Positions 26,149 to 27,794 of a DNA stretch of 27,794 nt are shown here, piece by piece. Source of the DNA: a virus. Its lineage: Duplodnaviria; Caudoviricetes. Both the position numbers and the translations under genes were made by a program. A model generated the notes under the pieces. The model was given only the letters and a program-made list of their open reading frames with translations. It searched no databases and was not told the DNA's origin. Within the stretch, counting starts at the first letter, position 1. The number at the start of each line of letters is the position of its first letter. Location of the stretch: the IMG/VR virus record IMGVR_UViG_3300013413_000021, positions 1 to 27,794 of that record, one strand, 5' to 3'.

Positions 26149-27375
26149 TTAGGCCACCGCATTGTTAGTGTAACTCCCCGACAAGATCGCCGAAACGTAG
26201 TTACCAACCAGGGCGTTGTTCTGAATCACCAGGTTAGGGCAAGACCCCTGATTGGCGACTCCGTAGCGTTGGGTTCTGCTAGATCCAGTCCGGGTATCCT
26301 TGAACACGTTTCCGACTACGGTAGCATCGGAGCAGTTGTTGAGCCATACGCCAGAGTCACGTTGAACGCTGGGGGCATTCCCTCCGTTATTATACGCATT
26401 GTTGCCTATGACTCGCACCTCCCGCCCCCCGCTGCAGCTCATGCCCTCGGCGGCGTTCCCACCGCAGGAACAGCCCTGGAAAAGAACGTCATTCAGGTCG
26501 TATCCATCTCCGGCGGCACCGTTCACATTGATGCCCGCCTCGGTGTTATTGTTGGCGGTCACTCCCATGAACTTGATGTTGGTGGCGTCGATACTATATA
26601 TTCCGCACGCCCCGACTGTAGTGCCGGTGTACGCAGAGTTACCCTCAAAATTCTGCATCCCCAGACCGTTGTTGTTGTAGCTGCCACCGATTACCTGCAC
26701 ATTCCACCCGCCCACAGACATGCCATCAAGTCCGTGGTTGTAGCAATGGCAGCCTTTTACCAGCGTCAAGGCGTTGGGGTCCTGATTGTTATAAGCAGTG
26801 ATCCCCTGCGGGTGAGAATAGTTCCAGTTCGGCCAAATGGTGCCTTGGTTGGAATTGTTATAGCTGTCATGCACCTGTAACTCTTCAAGGATGGTGCGCC
26901 AAAAGCCATTAACGGTCACCCCGGAGAAAATGGTATTTCTAACCTCAATGTTGTGCATACGAACTTCTGCGGTGTCCCCTAGGGGCACCACTTGAATCCC
27001 GCCGCAGCCCTGTATGGTAGTGGGCGTGCCATTCGGATTCTGGTTGTTTTTGTTGCCATCTATGACAAAATCGCTCATGACGACATTAGAGCCTGCCACC
27101 TTAATAACCTGCGGCACCGATGCTGGCGGATTCCCACTACTCCAGGCACCGAATGTGCCAAGTGTACTATCGGGCCATTTCAATACAGAGACGCCCGGGA
27201 CCCCAACGATGCGCAGTGGGACATTAACCGTACCTAAATCCCATATGCCCACCAAGGTTTTAGGGGGCAGGGTAAGCACACCGCCGCCGTTGGCGATGAT
27301 GGAGTTTATGGCCGGTTGCATGTCCGAAGCGTTTACTACGGGGTAGACCCCGAGATCCGAATTTGAGTACGACAT
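26149..27375 (-). CDS. Right-handed parallel beta-helix protein (pectate-lyase/tailspike-like)
   Basis: AINSIIANGGGVLTLPP, IDGNKNNQ, Asn/Gly ladders, TQRYGV. Confidence 0.82.
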   Translation of the reverse strand: MSYSNSDLGVYPVVNASDMQPAINSIIANGGGVLTLPPKTLVGIWDLGTVNVPLRIVGVPGVSVLKWPDSTLGTFGAWSSGNPPASVPQVIKVAGSNVVMSDFVIDGNKNNQNPNGTPTTIQGCGGIQVVPLGDTAEVRMHNIEVRNTIFSGVTVNGFWRTILEELQVHDSYNNSNQGTIWPNWNYSHPQGITAYNNQDPNALTLVKGCHCYNHGLDGMSVGGWNVQVIGGSYNNNGLGMQNFEGNSAYTGTTVGACGIYSIDATNIKFMGVTANNNTEAGINVNGAAGDGYDLNDVLFQGCSCGGNAAEGMSCSGGREVRVIGNNAYNNGGNAPSVQRDSGVWLNNCSDATVVGNVFKDTRTGSSRTQRYGVANQGSCPNLVIQNNALVGNYVSAILSGSYTNNAVA

Positions 27376-27393
27376 TTCTATCCCCCTCTCGCT

Positions 27394-27794
27394 TTAGGTC
27401 AACGATACGTTATCGACATAGAACTGCGCGCCCGTACCGCTTTCAAAGCCGTTGGTTACGCATAAGACGACGTTTGCCACTTCCGACCAGGTATGCCCGG
27501 TGAGAAGCGTAGCCTGCGCAAACGTTTTAAAGTTGGAGTAGGTGAAACTATAGTTCTGGTTTTGTGTCGGGGAGAGAATCGTGATGCTGGTATCCGACAC
27601 CCCCGGAGCGCCTCCGATATTGCCCATTAAGTTAATGCTGTTCTGGGCCTGGGTGGTAGTTGTGATGTCTGTGCCACTTGACGTTAGGAGGAAAATACGT
27701 ACATACAGGCCGCCCCCGACACTAGCGGAAACCTTACGAGCCGATAAGGTGAGAGTGCCTGCCGCGGCATTAAACGTTGATGCAGGTATAAGCT
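27394..27794 (-). CDS. Partial CDS, beta-sandwich/carbohydrate-binding-like C-terminus
   Basis: Frame is open to the window edge (LIPASTFNAAAGTLTLSARK...); ends FYVDNVSLT. Confidence 0.6.
   Translation of the reverse strand, partial: LIPASTFNAAAGTLTLSARKVSASVGGGLYVRIFLLTSSGTDITTTTQAQNSINLMGNIGGAPGVSDTSITILSPTQNQNYSFTYSNFKTFAQATLLTGHTWSEVANVVLCVTNGFESGTGAQFYVDNVSLT

Overview
Most of the window (1-23632) is a lambda-like temperate phage or prophage from a GC-rich bacterium. The minus strand carries head-completion genes, major capsid (gpE-like), decoration (gpD-like), S49 protease with a nested scaffold start, portal, gpW, terminase, primase, D5/P4-type helicase and small early genes up to a cro/cI switch. 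The plus strand then carries three AT-rich envelope morons, a tyrosine integrase and an att core formed by the 3' half of tRNA-Pro(GGG). The main surprise lies between primase and terminase: an integron-type integrase (IntI insertion motif plus an RHH-like C-terminal tail), an attI-like site and 3 cassette-like units bounded by GTTRRRY/RYYYAAC cores and very short attC-like sites. The cassette ORFs are inverted relative to attC, so they read with the phage operon and each unit ends with TAA on the GTT crossover core. This looks like a phage-resident integron. Also notable are a ~297-bp ATGATG-rich element symmetric about 13436 (likely origin), a CBM5/12-like insert in the helicase, a signal-peptide-like leader on the capsid protein, and a glycosyltransferase / Thr-rich FN3 / beta-helix cluster beyond the att core that may itself be phage. 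All calls are from motif reading by eye; no searches were run.
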